Shown here in pieces: positions 35,239 to 48,177 of a stretch of DNA of 64,000 nt (positions within the stretch are counted from its first letter, which is position 1; every line of letters begins with the position of its first letter). The DNA is from Calcarisporiella thermophila CBS 279.70. Taxonomy: Eukaryota; Fungi; Calcarisporiellomycota. The position numbers were made by a program, and so were the translations under genes. The stretch is taken from NCBI RefSeq assembly GCF_041956535.1, contig NW_027192195.1, positions 242,336 to 306,335 of the forward strand. Direction: 5' to 3'. A model generated the notes under the pieces. It saw nothing but the letters and a program-made list of their open reading frames with translations. It was not told where the DNA came from and did no database searches.

Positions 35239-37711
35239 ATGTCACTCAAGGCAATTGACCCGAAATTCAAAACTTGATGTAATGAACCGTATGGTTAACG
35301 CCTATTCTTCCCATTTCCTTAGTATGAACTTGAACAATGGCAGCAGGCCCTTGCCCAGTTCGAGTCGAAGCAGTACGAAAAAGCCATAGACACATTTAAG
35401 GTTACTTTTCATGCTCCTTCACCTGGCTTCCGGCCTATCCCCATGTCTCGAAACTAATGTTGCTTGTGTACTCCTTCAGACGATAGCCGACACGGCACGT
35501 ATCAATTTCAATATCGGGATGGTGTTTGCCAATATCTGCGATCAGCGTGAAGCGGTATTTTCATCTCGGATTTCCATCCGTGCCTCCTGACGATTAACCT
35601 GGCTTATTTTTGCAGATATATTGGTTTGATAAAGCGGTGGAGATTGACAAATTCTTTGCCATCAGCTATTATCAACGCGGCGTGTCGAATTTTCTTTTGG
35701 GAGAACTTGCTGACGCCGAGAGGGACTTTGACCTTAGCTTGAAAAACCTCAGGGGCAATCAATTGATCGACTATACTCAGCTTGGATTGAACCACAAATT
35801 GTTTGCCTGTGAAATACTCTTCAACCGCGGCCTTTGCCGAATATACAGGTATGAAAATCGGAACAATTCCATAAAATAGGACTCTCTTGTCTAAGTAATA
35901 CCTTTTCCATCAGCGGTCGAACTGATTCCGGTGTAGATGACTTGAAATATGCGAGCACGCAAAAGCGGATGAAGAACCATGATGTTATTGACGATGCCAT
36001 TGAGACGGGTGGCAAGGTGGCATTTCCTCTTTTCAATATACTATTGAGCTATTTTTCAATGCCTTGCTGATGTTAACTCCATCTGTGTTGGGCTCTAGGG
36101 CTTTACGGTGTTTTCTATACCGCCGGGAGTGCTTTATCGGCCGTTAGACTTCAAGTTGAAAAATTCAAAAATGATGGAATATTTTGGCACATCCAAACCA
36201 CCTAACAAAGCTGAGATGAACACAGCAGAGTCAGACAGCAGCATTCTTCAGGTAAATGGCTGCACAGACGTGTTATGAATACAAGAGACTAATTATTTGT
36301 CTATTCTATAACAAGACGATGGACTCCTACCGAAGAGAGGATTTGGATTTCTCTTATAACAACTCCGACTTATCCTACCTCTCCTCGGTATCCTCACAAA
36401 AACACGATCGATCCTTCAATGAACCCTCCAATACTACATACACAAGTGGCGGTTCCCATAATACGCTTGGCTCACCAAAATCTCCCAGCGCCCAACAGAT
36501 CCAGCCCAAATGGCCAAACAGCACTTCTACCAAAATCCAAGCTGCCCCTCCGTTGCCAAGCGGAGAGAAAAGTCGCCCTGAGGGGCCAATCGGGCTAAGC
36601 GATTTGGCCCCTACATTTGCCAACAGCATGCGCTTAACCGATGATGAACGGTTCTCCAACGACCGGCCTTATGCAAACGACAGCTTTGAAAATAGAAAAT
36701 ACATAAACAATGGAAATAACGCACGAGCCCCCGACCGAAAGGAATACCATGGAGAGCCAAGGAATCAATATGATGAATATTCTCTCAGCTATCCATTCGA
36801 AGATGAGAACTCGCTGTCAACGAATGCCTCGCAAAATCACTATGGGTCCCGAAATGATCGATCTTTTACCGATCACCACCCCACAATGACAAGCGACATG
36901 CACCCGGTTCTTGTATCGAAGCAAGATGGCCACCCGCCCCAGCCCTTTTCCCCTCGAGAGGAACCGGCTTCCTCTCGTCGTTACCCTGATTCCTCGCCAC
37001 TTTTGGCCGGTGATGGCCAGGCTCCTGTGGTTGAACTACAGCGGTCTAGAACCCTGGATTATTTTGCACAAGGACGCAGTAGACAAAATAACCACGGCCT
37101 TTTGCCACGCAGTCCCCAAGGATATTCGCAAGGTTGGGCACCCAGCCAAGCCTCGGGCTTCCCACGTCAACTGAACGAGTTGGCAGAGCAGTCGTCGCGG
37201 GAGCCATTCCCCTCACTGCAGCGCTCTGCCACGACGGCCTCCCCGAATTTCGCACACGGCCGCGTTGGTGCACTGAAGAGAAGCGGAACCGATCCCTCCT
37301 TCAAGGGGAGAAAGCCGATGGTGGATGTGGCGCGGCAGGATTCAATTCGCTCTCCAAAGTTAATTAACAAGGTAGACCCCCCAAGCTTAAGATATCAACA
37401 GCGACTTCCTCTCTAACCCTTTTTGAACCCCACCCATTTGCCCATAGATTAAAATAAAATGCCACCCGGTGTCCGCCCCCGACGACACTCGTGTGCTCCT
37501 CATGGACAAACAGTTGACCTTTACCGACCTCCTGCGCCAGGTAAAGGACAAGTTTGGGGTGGCCTCGACTCCCCTTCTCAAATATCGCGATGAGGATAAC
37601 GAGCTGGTCATGATGATGGACGACGATGATCTGATGGTCGCGCGAATGCTGGTAGAAGCCGAGACCGGAGGAGAAGTTGGGATGGAAAAGTTGGACATCT
37701 GGGTGTTTTGA
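35239..37711 (+). CDS. noxR: NADPH oxidase regulator NoxR (p67phox-like: TPR + PB1), multi-exon
   Basis: MSLK.ELEQW start; INFNIG; SYYQRGV; LRGNQLIDYTQLGL; GFTVFSIPPGVLYRP; C-terminal PB1 (IKIKCH...LKYRDEDNELVMM.DDDDL). Confidence 0.9.
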
Positions 37712-38281
37712 TGAGTTCGATCAACAATAACGCTTTCTAATTTGCACTGTATTTTTTTTTTTTCTATTTTCTTTTCTTCACTTGGTATGCTTCTTTCTCC
37801 TTTATTAATCAGCCTCATTCGTAGTTTTCTCTCTCTTTCTCCCCTCGCTCACCCTAATTATCATCTTGAATCTGTATATTCCGAAGTGCTCTCTCTATAT
37901 ATCTCCACACACATATATAATATTTATATTTATCACTCTATTTCTTATGCTATATATTCTTTTTTTTTTTCCTACCTCTTGCAAAAGAAAATACACTCTC
38001 GGTCTGAAAGCATCTCATGGCTCTTTTTTTTTCGTTTTGTTTTCTTTTTCTTGTCTTTTCCCCCTCTCTTTCTTATAAATAATCATTTCCTCACATTGGT
38101 GATATTACGAAACACGTGAGATATACAACAAGGATAATCCAACAACAACAAAAAAAGAAATACGATGATAAATAGTAGTGTTAGCAAGAATAAGAATAAG
38201 AGTAATAATAAGAGTAAGAAACATGTATGGTACGAATACAACACTATAAATAGGTAGCAGCCGGAGGGAGGGAGTTCGGTA

Positions 38282-40285
38282 TTAATCTTTGTCGGCATTC
38301 ACTTCTAGTACGGTAGCCGATCGCACGTTCCCCTCCTTCTCCACGCTGGATTGCGAAGCCACGCTTCTCCGGTCGCCGTCGCTCTCCTTCTCGATCTCGA
38401 TCTCCACCCCTTCAAACTCCATCACCTTCGACTTTGGCTGCTTTCGGATGAATCTTCGGCGCAGGTAGGGATACCACGGCGGCTGCGCCTTGACCCCTCG
38501 CTGTAGCCACGGCTCCTTATTGCTCTTGTCGCATATCATCTTGCCGCAGCTGAGCTTCTCGATGGCCCAAACGCCCACGTTCAGCACGACGTAGGTCGCC
38601 ACCCCGCCAATCACGCCGTAGGCAATGCTGTACGTCAGGGGCATCAGAGCGATGGTCACGTAGGAGGGGATGGCGTCGCCGATGTGCTCCCAGTTGATCT
38701 CGCGCCCCGCTCGACACATCAGCGAGCCCACAATCACCAGGGCGGGCCCGGTCGCCCACGGCGGGAAGCTGGCAAAGATGGGGGCCAGGAAGATGGACAG
38801 GAAAAACATGATCCCGATGGTGATGGCGGTCAGGCCGGTCTTGCCGCCCTCAGCAATCCCCACCCCGTTCTCTCCGTAGGCAGTGACGGGCGAGGTGCCG
38901 AAGAAGGCCCCGACCATCACGGCGAGTCCGTCGGCCATGAAGGCCGCGAACGAACCGGGGAAGTCTCCCCACTCGTCGACAAAGCCGGCCAAGTTCACGA
39001 GAGTATACATTCCGCTCGTGGCCTCAAGGATATCGACGTACAGGAAGGTGATCAGCGCAACCCAGACATCGTTGCCGTGGAGCGAGAAGCTCAGCACCGA
39101 CAGAATCCTATGGTGGGAGGCACGGAAGACGCGATTAGTCGGATGCATTCGAATCAATTTGCATTCGATTCATCGTCAGATGAAATCTTGAATCGGCTAA
39201 GCATAAGCCAGCACGTCAAATGGAAGGAGAGACCTACTTTTGAATCGGATGGAAGGTGACCACCTGCTTGAAGAATTCGAATTGTTTATCGCCAAGCTCT
39301 GTGTTCGGGAAGTAGGTGACGGGTGTGTTACGCGGCCAAGAAATGATAGACACCAGCAGGATCCCCATCAGCGCAGCGCCCTTGACCCGGAACATCATCA
39401 GGATGGAGATGACGGCGAAGCCCAAGATTCCCAGCCACATGGTGGGCGACTCCATGGTGTGGCCCATGCATTCGTTCGTCTTCGGGTCCAGGTACTCTGG
39501 CGGGCAGCCTGCCAGGCCCACAAGGGTCGCCGGGTTGAAGCCGACGAGGCCGATGCCAGCGGTGCGCTGCAGTCCGATGTGAGCCAGGAAAAACCCGACT
39601 CCGACGGACATGGCATTCTTGATCGTGTTGGGAAGCACCTTCACGAGGTACTGGCGGATGCCGAAGAAGGTCAGGAGCATAAAGATGATTCCTTCGAGGA
39701 AGATGGCCGTGAGGGCAGACTGATAAGAGACCTTGCCGCTGCCGTGGAAGCCCACCACCGTGTATGTGAAATAGGCATTCAGCCCTACGGCCCAGAGTCA
39801 GTTAGCTAGGGGAGCAAAGGAGAGGGGAGCGTCAAGCAACCATACCCATTCCGGGGGCCAAACCCAGGGGCAAATTGGCCAGCAGCCCCACCAAAATGCT
39901 GGCAATTCCTGAAATTGCGGCCGTGCTAGTGATAAGATCCTTGCGCACCTCATACACGCAGGCTTCGTACTGCGGCTGACCCACGCAGAGGCGGTCTCCC
40001 CCGGGCGAGGGGGTGCAGACGCAGGTGCCGCCGGTATCGCTGATAATGGCCGGGTTGACGGCAATGATGTACGACATGGTGACGAAGGTTGCTAGAGTGA
40101 GGGGTGCGTTAGTGGGGGGAGGTTCCATGGGGAGCAGAAAGGGGGAATTAATCACCGAGACCGGCACGTAGTTCCGTGATGAAGGTGGTGTTGCGCTCGC
40201 CGTCGACACCGGAGCCGCGCAGCTTGAAGTAGCAGCCGACGACGGACTTTGCTACCCGTTGGTTCAGACGATCGATCCAGCCCAT
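38282..40285 (-). CDS. azgA: AzgA-like purine permease (NCS2/NAT family), 4 exons
   Basis: TELRAGL.TFVTMSYIIAVNP; LANLPLGLAPGMGLNAYF; GVG.FLA.IGLQ; SPVTAYGE..GIAEGGKTGLTA; PLTYSIAYG. Confidence 0.92.
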
Positions 40286-41130
40286 TGCAGAGGAGAAGAG
40301 AGCAGAAGAAGAGGGGGCGATAAGGGGGGAAAGCGGTGAGAATTCTAATAGTGAGCGAGGAAATTGTCAAAGCACAAAACACTCGTGATAGTAATTAATA
40401 CGGCCAGGATTAGGGTTCGAGGGGGGACGGGTGGGGGCTGCCGCTCGACAAAGCAATAAACTTTAGGTTGAACGGTAACTTATTTTCGTTGAGTTTCACA
40501 CAAGATATGCAAAATCAAAACAAGAAATTGCAGACAGCTCACCCAAAGATTCCTGTGCCTCGCCACCAATCACGTCGCCCCACCCATCCAATCCCTTCTC
40601 ACCCATCCAATTACTCGGAATGACCAGGATCGCCAGCGGCCGCATGCGATGCGCGCTGCGCGGCAGCACGGCTGCGGCAGCGCGAGAGCGGTGCTGCAGG
40701 TGGCCGGCCGAAAGAGGCAGTTATGACACCGCCACCGCCTTTCCTGCTTGGGTAAGTGGTTTAGGACGGAGCTCTGATAGCTCGGCACGGATAAAACGCC
40801 AAAAAAATTTTTTTAATCTTTCCCGACTAAGGTACATTGAGATCCTGGTTTCCTCATCCCGTCCTGGCTCCAACCACGACAGAATCGAGCTTGACAGATG
40901 CGTATATATATTCCTTCCGTGAGCCTCAGTTCTGCTCTTCTTCCCCCCCCTTCTCCTGCCTCCCCCTGCTCTACGCTGTTTGCTCTTCCTGCGGCCTCCG
41001 CCTCCGTGCTTTGCTATTATTCATATCAGCATTCTCCCACTCCGGCGCCGGCCCCCCAGTTTATCAATCTCGGAAAGCCTTATCAAGCTCCCCTCGCCCC
41101 CCCGCCGCTCCCCCCTAAAAATCACTCAAG

Positions 41131-42105
41131 ATGAAGCCTATCGGCGTGCTCATGCTGACCCTCCAGGGTGCTACCGTGGCGCTCTGTACTCACGCGCTTA
41201 TCTACTGTCTTCATATAGGCAGGCCCGCCACCCTGGCAAATATCGCCAAGGTCGTGCTCTCCGTCACCCTCGGGATCAAGGTGATCGGGTTCATTACCTT
41301 CTCGCTTCCGCTCTTTGGCGCGTGCTATGGCGTCGCAAAGGCCGCCGATCTCCTCTACCATTTGTCCATGGTCGCAGCCAACCTGGTGCTGCTCTCGAGG
41401 GCAACCACGATCTGGAACAACACGCGCGTCTTCAAGGCGATCGAGGCGGCCTTTCTGGCGGTTCGCCTGGGGCTAGGGCTGTGGGATGTGGCTGTCACTT
41501 ATGCCTACCCCGTCGAGGGCTCCCCCGATAACGTCGACGCGCGCGGAACATGCTTTTATGTCGAGAATTTCCACTCGGTGAGTATATTCAAAAGACGCAG
41601 AACGCCAAGGCTGAAGAGGCCCCCGCTAACCACACAGCTCTCCCCTCGATAGGGCCTGGCCTACCTCTCCATGGATCTCCTCACCGACTTGTACGTCACC
41701 ACCAGCATTTCCATCCGCCTGTTCCAACACCACCGCCACATGAAGCAGTCCGGGGTCGGAGCAAACTCCCTCTACAGCGCCATCATCTCCTCTAACCTGC
41801 TGCGCACCGTGATCCTCCTTATGATCAACATCGTCAGCATCGTGCTAATTGCAATACCCAACTTGCACACGGGGAGCGTGTTTGTATGGAGCTTCGCTAA
41901 TATAGCCTATGTGATCACCGTCGTGTACGACTCCGATATGGTGCGCTTCTGCCAGCAACTGCAGGCGGAGGTGATGGGGATTCGTTCCTCACGGCTGAAC
42001 TCCAAGGGCGGAAGCCGGGTCGAGCACCACAGCGGCGAGGGTGCGTACGCCACCAAGGAGTCGCTTGCGGAGAAGCTCAGCGAGGATATGCTCGATAGGG
42101 TTTAG
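41131..42105 (+). CDS. Seven-transmembrane, GPCR-like membrane protein, 2 exons
   Basis: Intron 41578-41652 joins two ORFs in frame; seven hydrophobic segments; Cys at the top of TM3 and in the TM4-TM5 loop; Arg at the cytoplasmic end of TM3. Confidence 0.65.
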
Positions 42106-42466
42106 CCCCCGCACCTCTCCCCAGTATATTTAATATGTTTATTATCAACGTATATACGCTGTAATTGTTCGCTAGTGCTGTATTTAATCGTCCATTCCTT
42201 TATTTAAATCCTCTTGCCCGCCATGACACTCTATCTTACTATTCACCAGTTGGGGAATGGGAATATTTGGTTTCAACTAGAACGTAATAAATCCGAGTTT
42301 GTATGTGAATGGGTCAGTTTGTGGGGGGGTGGAATCGGGGTCCCCCTCCTCCCCCCCCCCCCCAATTCTCGGGAAGAAGACTGGAAGATTCGGATCACAA
42401 AATTTTATGTATATGCAGGTATAAAATAAAAAGGGTCACACCAAACCACTCCTAGCAGAGATCCCC

Positions 42467-44236
42467 CTAGTATGCGTCGAACTGCATGAGGTACCTTTAT
42501 GAAAGGGAGCAAAGGGGTAAAATAAGCATCTGCTGCCGGTGTAGGCGGGGATAGATAGGCACTTACTTTTTATACACGCACATCACCTTGGCGACGAATG
42601 CCTCCAAATGAAAAATGGCCTTTTGACCGCATTGCAGCTTGTGCTCCTATTATTTTTTTTTTATAAAAAAAACATTGGATCAGAAAGGGGATCAGTTGCC
42701 ACGGATAGACTAAACCAGAGCATACGTAGGCAGCCGCTTGTTTTGTAATTTCTCCCTTGAGCTCCGTGTCTACTGTTGCTATGAGCTCAAAAGCCAGTGT
42801 CTAAGAAATCGACGGGAGGGAATTAGCTATTCGATCAAGATAAACAAGTGGTCTAACGAGGTGTACCTTTAAAATGATATTGGGAGGTATGCAATGGCAC
42901 AATAATTCGTATAATTTTGCTCGCACCTGTGCTAGGCTATCAAACAAACAAACATTCATCAACATGATCGTATAGAGGGCTACTTTCAGGTTTCACTCAC
43001 CGTGTTGGGGACTGCTCTTTCACAATCATCTGTGCAATTTGCTTCACAAACTCTTCCCAGTCGTAGGGAGGGATCTCAGACCCGGGCTGGAGAACGCCGC
43101 TATATCGAATAATAAGTCATCGTTAGAGTGAGCGGCGAAGTACGGGGCAAAATCGAGGGCATAAGCAAACACATACTGTTGCACTTTGGCAGCCTCCAGT
43201 GTCAGAATGGCCCGTCTTAAATTACGATCCGAAGTCTCTGCGATTTTATGGGCCACCTCACTGGGTAGTTTGAACCCCTCCTTCTTCGCCACTTGCTCGA
43301 GTACGGCCACAATCTATTCAAACAAGATAGATACACTGTATTAACAGGCATGTAAAAGAAAGGCTTTGCTTTAATTTCACTAATTACATCGGGCACTTCG
43401 GGGGCCGCCACTCGCACTAGGAGACACCGACTCCGGACCGGAGCAATTATCTTGCTAGTGCTGTTGCAGCAGAGAATGAGGCGCATATTGTTCATATACT
43501 TCTCCATGGTACGGCGAAGACCTGCCTGTGCATCGCGTGACAAACAATCTGCCTCGTTAATGACAACCACTATCAAAAAAGTGTAAAATCATCAGCATTC
43601 TGATCTGCTGTGTGTGAACAGTGCCAGCTCAGATCTCACCCTTGAATCTCCTTGAGGCACTTGCATCAACTTGCTGAGTCTGAGCCATTTCCTTGATCAA
43701 ATCCTGGACTACCACGCGATCATAAATACCAACATCACTAAAAGAAGGAATAATGAGAGTCATTACTATTGATTCTAGCACTGGAATCGAAAGAAAAATC
43801 TACCTCGGGTTGACTTCCAAGTGATAATTGCTGGTCACGATATTCAAGTTAAGCTTTTTGTTGGAAGGGGTCACGAACACTCGTTGCTCTACTTTTAACT
43901 AAGAACAAACGATGTCATGTTAAACAATTCATTCTCTATTATGAGAAAACAATGCAAACCTTTTCCGCACCGGGTCCAAATATTTCACGTAAAATGCATG
44001 TGATGCGCGTCTTTTTACCTGCACCGGAGGGGCCGTACACAAGCATATGCGGGAAATCCCCGGATGCTGCCTATATATCGTCAACATCACTCTATTAAAT
44101 GCCCTACACACGATGGAGATCGTGATCAAATCAAGAGGGATAGGCTTACCAATCTCTCCAAGTGCTCGGAGAGATGCTTATGGTAGTTAAGATCCTTTAA
44201 TTTTGTCGGACGGTATTTGTCTACCCAGAGACTCAT
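42467..44236 (-). CDS. RFC5: Replication factor C small subunit (yeast Rfc5 / human RFC3), many introns
   Basis: [10 protein letters not shown]; [16 protein letters not shown]; [22 protein letters not shown]; RSRC; [11 protein letters not shown]. Confidence 0.95.
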
Positions 44237-44269
44237 TGCAATGGATCGCGCCGAAAAAGACAAAATAGA

Positions 44270-44301
44270 GCGCGAAATTTTAGCGAAGCCGCTGGACGCG
44301 T
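44270..44301. promoter_or_regulatory. G1/S-type promoter motifs upstream of RFC5 (E2F/SCB-like GCGCGAAA and MCB ACGCGT)
   Basis: GCGCGAAA at 44270-44277 and ACGCGT at 44296-44301, within 70 bp of the RFC5 ATG. Confidence 0.5.
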
Positions 44302-45194
44302 CTTTTTCCTTTTTCCTTTTTCCTCATACAAATTAAGCCACTAAAGTAGAATCGCGACATAAATCATAGGCCAAAATATTACCACAGATGCTTTAGAAGA
44401 CCTAAACTTGGATAAATCCAATGGTATGTTTCTATAAACCAAAAGTTATCCGCATATGCATGTTATGTATATATATATATATATACGCATCCATAAGATG
44501 TCTATATTCAAAATATTGCAACCGCAAACACTATGTGGATTGAATGTGCATTATATTCACCTATCGATGCGATGAGGAAATAAAACAACATGCTTATTAT
44601 TTGGAGGAACAAGTGCCTAATAATAACTCTCTTATTTTGAGATGGACAGATATATACAGAGAAAGATCTCATATGACTCTATGATAATGATTTAACCGGT
44701 GGTATTCAAAATGAACTCTGTTCGACCCACTTTAGGCTCCAACTCTTCATTTGAAGCATGTCACCCCAAGAAAACTTGGTGCTAATGAAGAAAAGCTTCG
44801 CCAAGACCTCAAGATGACTAGAGTTTATTGAAAGTTAAAGGCAAATAAATTGGGTCGGATTTAATGTTAAGTTAGTACTCTTGTGTCTTTTCATCTCATG
44901 ACTGTGCAGTTGTCGGGAGCTTTGTTCACAAAGTTACCAAAAAACACATGCTAAATATAGACTATTTTCATCACGCTTAGCAGCTTAATTATACCGGAAT
45001 GGGGGATGAATACGAATATTACTTTTTATAGATTGGCCGGTATCTCTGGTGTTGATTCCTCTCCTCCATTTCCGCCTTGAATCGAAGCCGGTCTAATTAA
45101 AATAGATTGGTTTGGAAATAAACCAAAATAGAACTGTGCTATTACAAAAATACAAACAATGGCTCAACAAGGGTATTGTGGTATAGGTGTACAA

Positions 45195-46618
45195 CTATTT
45201 CTCTAAAAGGCATGCATCCAAGTGTTCGTTCATAATTACAATAGGCACCTGCTTCTCGCATACCGGGCATGCGCCAGTTTTCTCTTCTTTCTTTACGTTC
45301 TCTCCTTTCTTTACGTTCTCTCCTAAGTTCACCACATCTGTCCTTGAATCCTCCAGCACTCTTTTACCTTGCCCTTTAAACTCCTCCTCGTCCTTCTTGT
45401 TTATTTTTACCCTCCCTATTAAATATTTTTCCAGTGGCCCTACTCTCGAATTAGAGGGCAAAGAAGCTGCCGTGGGCGGATCTTTGCGTTTCTTGTTCTG
45501 TAAAGCAAGTGTTTTATCCGGTCCCGAGATTTTATGAAAATTGCCGCCACACGCGCTTTGATGTTCCGCATACCAGGAATCGGCTGGTTGCGGCGGACGA
45601 TTCATGGAGCGCTTGCAGATACCATAGTATGGTGGCTTGTTCCTACACGGTCCGTCGCACTTCCAAACGTGAACACGGTAATGATCCACCTCATCATGAA
45701 AGCTAAATGAAGGCTAAGATCACTGTTCTTCTAACCAGGTGACAACGGTCTGCTTCAACTTACTTATGATGGACGGTAATATTGACGCCTGCCTACATTT
45801 CAACCATCAGTTAATAAAGATACGGTTAAAAATTGGCAGTAACAATTCGGGCTTAGAGAATTATATCTACTGCTTTATTGATACGCTCGGCATGCCTAAG
45901 AAATTCGGGCCCATGTGAATCTAGAAGGTAAAGTTATCGCAATTCATTAAGTGGTTTTTGAAGATGGTTTAAGAGGGTCGGTGTACCATGATCTGCGTCG
46001 TTGCGCGTTACAAAGAGAAACGCGTGAATCATCTCATGCAAGAGCGTTTCAATCATATCGATCCTGCTACGGAATTTTAGAAGGGGCTCCGAGAGCCTGA
46101 TCGAACAGTAGCCACCAGACTGGTAGTAGCATTTGCCGGCACTAGAGATGTGGTAAGCGCGATCAAAAATGCGGATATAAGAGAAAGCTGCTGGAAAATA
46201 AAATTTACCAAAGTGTCATTTTATTGGACCAGCGTACTTCTATGCTGTCTAGTAATCCATCGAAATAGAGTCGGTTGAAATACAGGAAAAGCTCATGAAG
46301 ATCTGGGTTAGGATCAGCCAATTCTAGGTCAGGGGCTTGAAAATGTTATTTAGACCAACAGCACATGGGTTAAAAAACAAGAAAAATACCAAAAGAGTTG
46401 ACGGGAATGGGATCTTTCGTAGATTCTACTAGCTCTTTCATTTGAAGTTTCCGGGCTAGGTCTTCATCCATATGCTTCTGGTCTCGAAAGGGGAACTCGA
46501 CGGGGAGCTGGGGTAGAGTGGAATTAGCGGAAAAATTGCTGCTTTCCCCCATGTTTTTCGATTCTTCTCCCTGTAAAAGCTGAGCTAATTTTTCATCATC
46601 GCTTATCGAAGTGTGCAT
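45195..46618 (-). CDS. SPRTN: Spartan/SprT-like DNA-protein crosslink protease, multi-exon
   Basis: VRWSNKMTLCAGKC; SIRLSEPLLK; TLLHEMIHAFLF; HGPEF; WKCDGPC..PPYYG...RSMNRPP...W...H...CGG.F.K; SHP-like FKGQG; C-terminal UBZ CPVC...NEHLDACL. Confidence 0.92.
45288..45323. repeat. 18-bp tandem duplication within SPRTN coding sequence (GENVKK x2)
   Basis: ttctttacgttctctcct repeated twice. Confidence 0.8.
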
Positions 46619-46811
46619 TCCGTTTTAAATTAATCGAGAGATTCAGAATAAAAGTTAAATCTCATATAGAAATCGGAATGTTATTTCGCCACCACCTGTG
46701 ACTTTCAAACCAATTTAACAGTGCAACAGTACAAAGTCGTTAGGAACTGGAAAAAAAAATACAGTCCAAACTTGATGGGGTTTCATTGAACATTAAAATT
46801 GGGTACAGGGT

Positions 46812-47999
46812 TCATCTACTCAAAGAAAACACACTTTCACTCACGCGGACATAGTAGACTATTTCTCGAAAATCGATCCAATGTACTGCGAACTTGTCAT
46901 TGCTTACATGAATTACTAACAAAAATAAAGTCAGCACTGGCTCAACCTCTTATAATCTACTCTAAAGAACTTGTTTGAACCTACCCTCAATATTCAAAAA
47001 GCATTCATCGATAAAATGAGGTTCCGCACATTGCCCTCGGCCTTCATACACATTCATCCCCTCAAATTCTTTCTCACTTGCAACTCGAAGCGGTTTGTGC
47101 ATGAAGGCTATCCAGCTGACTTCCCCACGAGGTACGTTGATATCCCCAGTGATCTTTGAGGCGTAGAGTTTCTTGCTACCCTCATAGTAAGTCATCAATA
47201 AAAATTCCATTCCGTGGCCATCGTAATCTCCTACAAACAGGCCTTGAAACATGCAGTCGGGTTGGGGAAGTAATCGTTTGAGATCTAATCGGGCATATCG
47301 TTCGTGTCGGACAAATGATTGTCTTGGCGATCGTATGGACAAGGCGAAGCAATCATTAATAGGTTGCTTGTCGCTACCCTCATCGCACAGTTCGTATTCG
47401 TCCCTAGCTGAGTAAGACTCTCGGCTAATCCATAATTCGGTTTCTATGTTTGAGTAGAATTTCGCTCGCCGAATAGCCACATTGCCCTCTTGTTCAAGCA
47501 TTGGACGTGTATTGCAAACAATCTGACCCGTAAGCGGGTGTAATCGGAGAAAAAATCGAGGTAATTGTCCATACTGGACATCCACGTGCCTAATTCTGAC
47601 GCCTGGATCCAAAGACCATGGCGTGGATCCATGGACTTCATTATTGGCAACTAATCTCATCCCGGTAATAGCACCTTTCGTCATGTCCCACACGACAAAT
47701 AAAAATTCACCTCGGTATTTTAAGTCGCCACACCAATGACCAATTAAAGAGCCGTATCTATGCAACAGCTTGGCGTAGAACTCTCGAAAACATTGGAAAG
47801 GAGGCCCAAGAGTGTTGAGAGTGGGGTGCAATTTCTTACACAGCTCAGCCCAGAGTGTGTCTGTGCGAGTGAGGTAAGAGAGATGGCGACACGTACTTGA
47901 CATTTGAACTAGAGAGGAAGCATCGAGGAGCGTGAGAATATGATAAATAATCTCTTCCGGAAGACATAGTAAATTCTTTTTTATATCTGACGTTTCCAT
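46812..47999 (-). CDS. F-box protein with FBXO31-like (cyclin D1-binding/DUF3506-type) C-terminal barrel, 2 exons
   Basis: F-box LLCLPEEIIYHIL..L....L..MSSTCR; GLFVGDYDGHGMEFLL; ASKITGDINVPRGEVSW; last exon ends TGA at 46812. Confidence 0.82.
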
Positions 48000-48177
48000 T
48001 AACAAATGTCGAGGTGGAGGACTCTCGTGGGGGAAAGAAAGCCGGAATCCATTTTGGTAGAAAATATTCAAAATGGAATTGCTAAGCCACCTAATGTCGT
48101 CTTATTTACACTCTTGGTTTTCATTTGATTCAGCATTGAAGTCTTCCGAGTAGATCTTGGCCAAGTTTGAATCCAGC

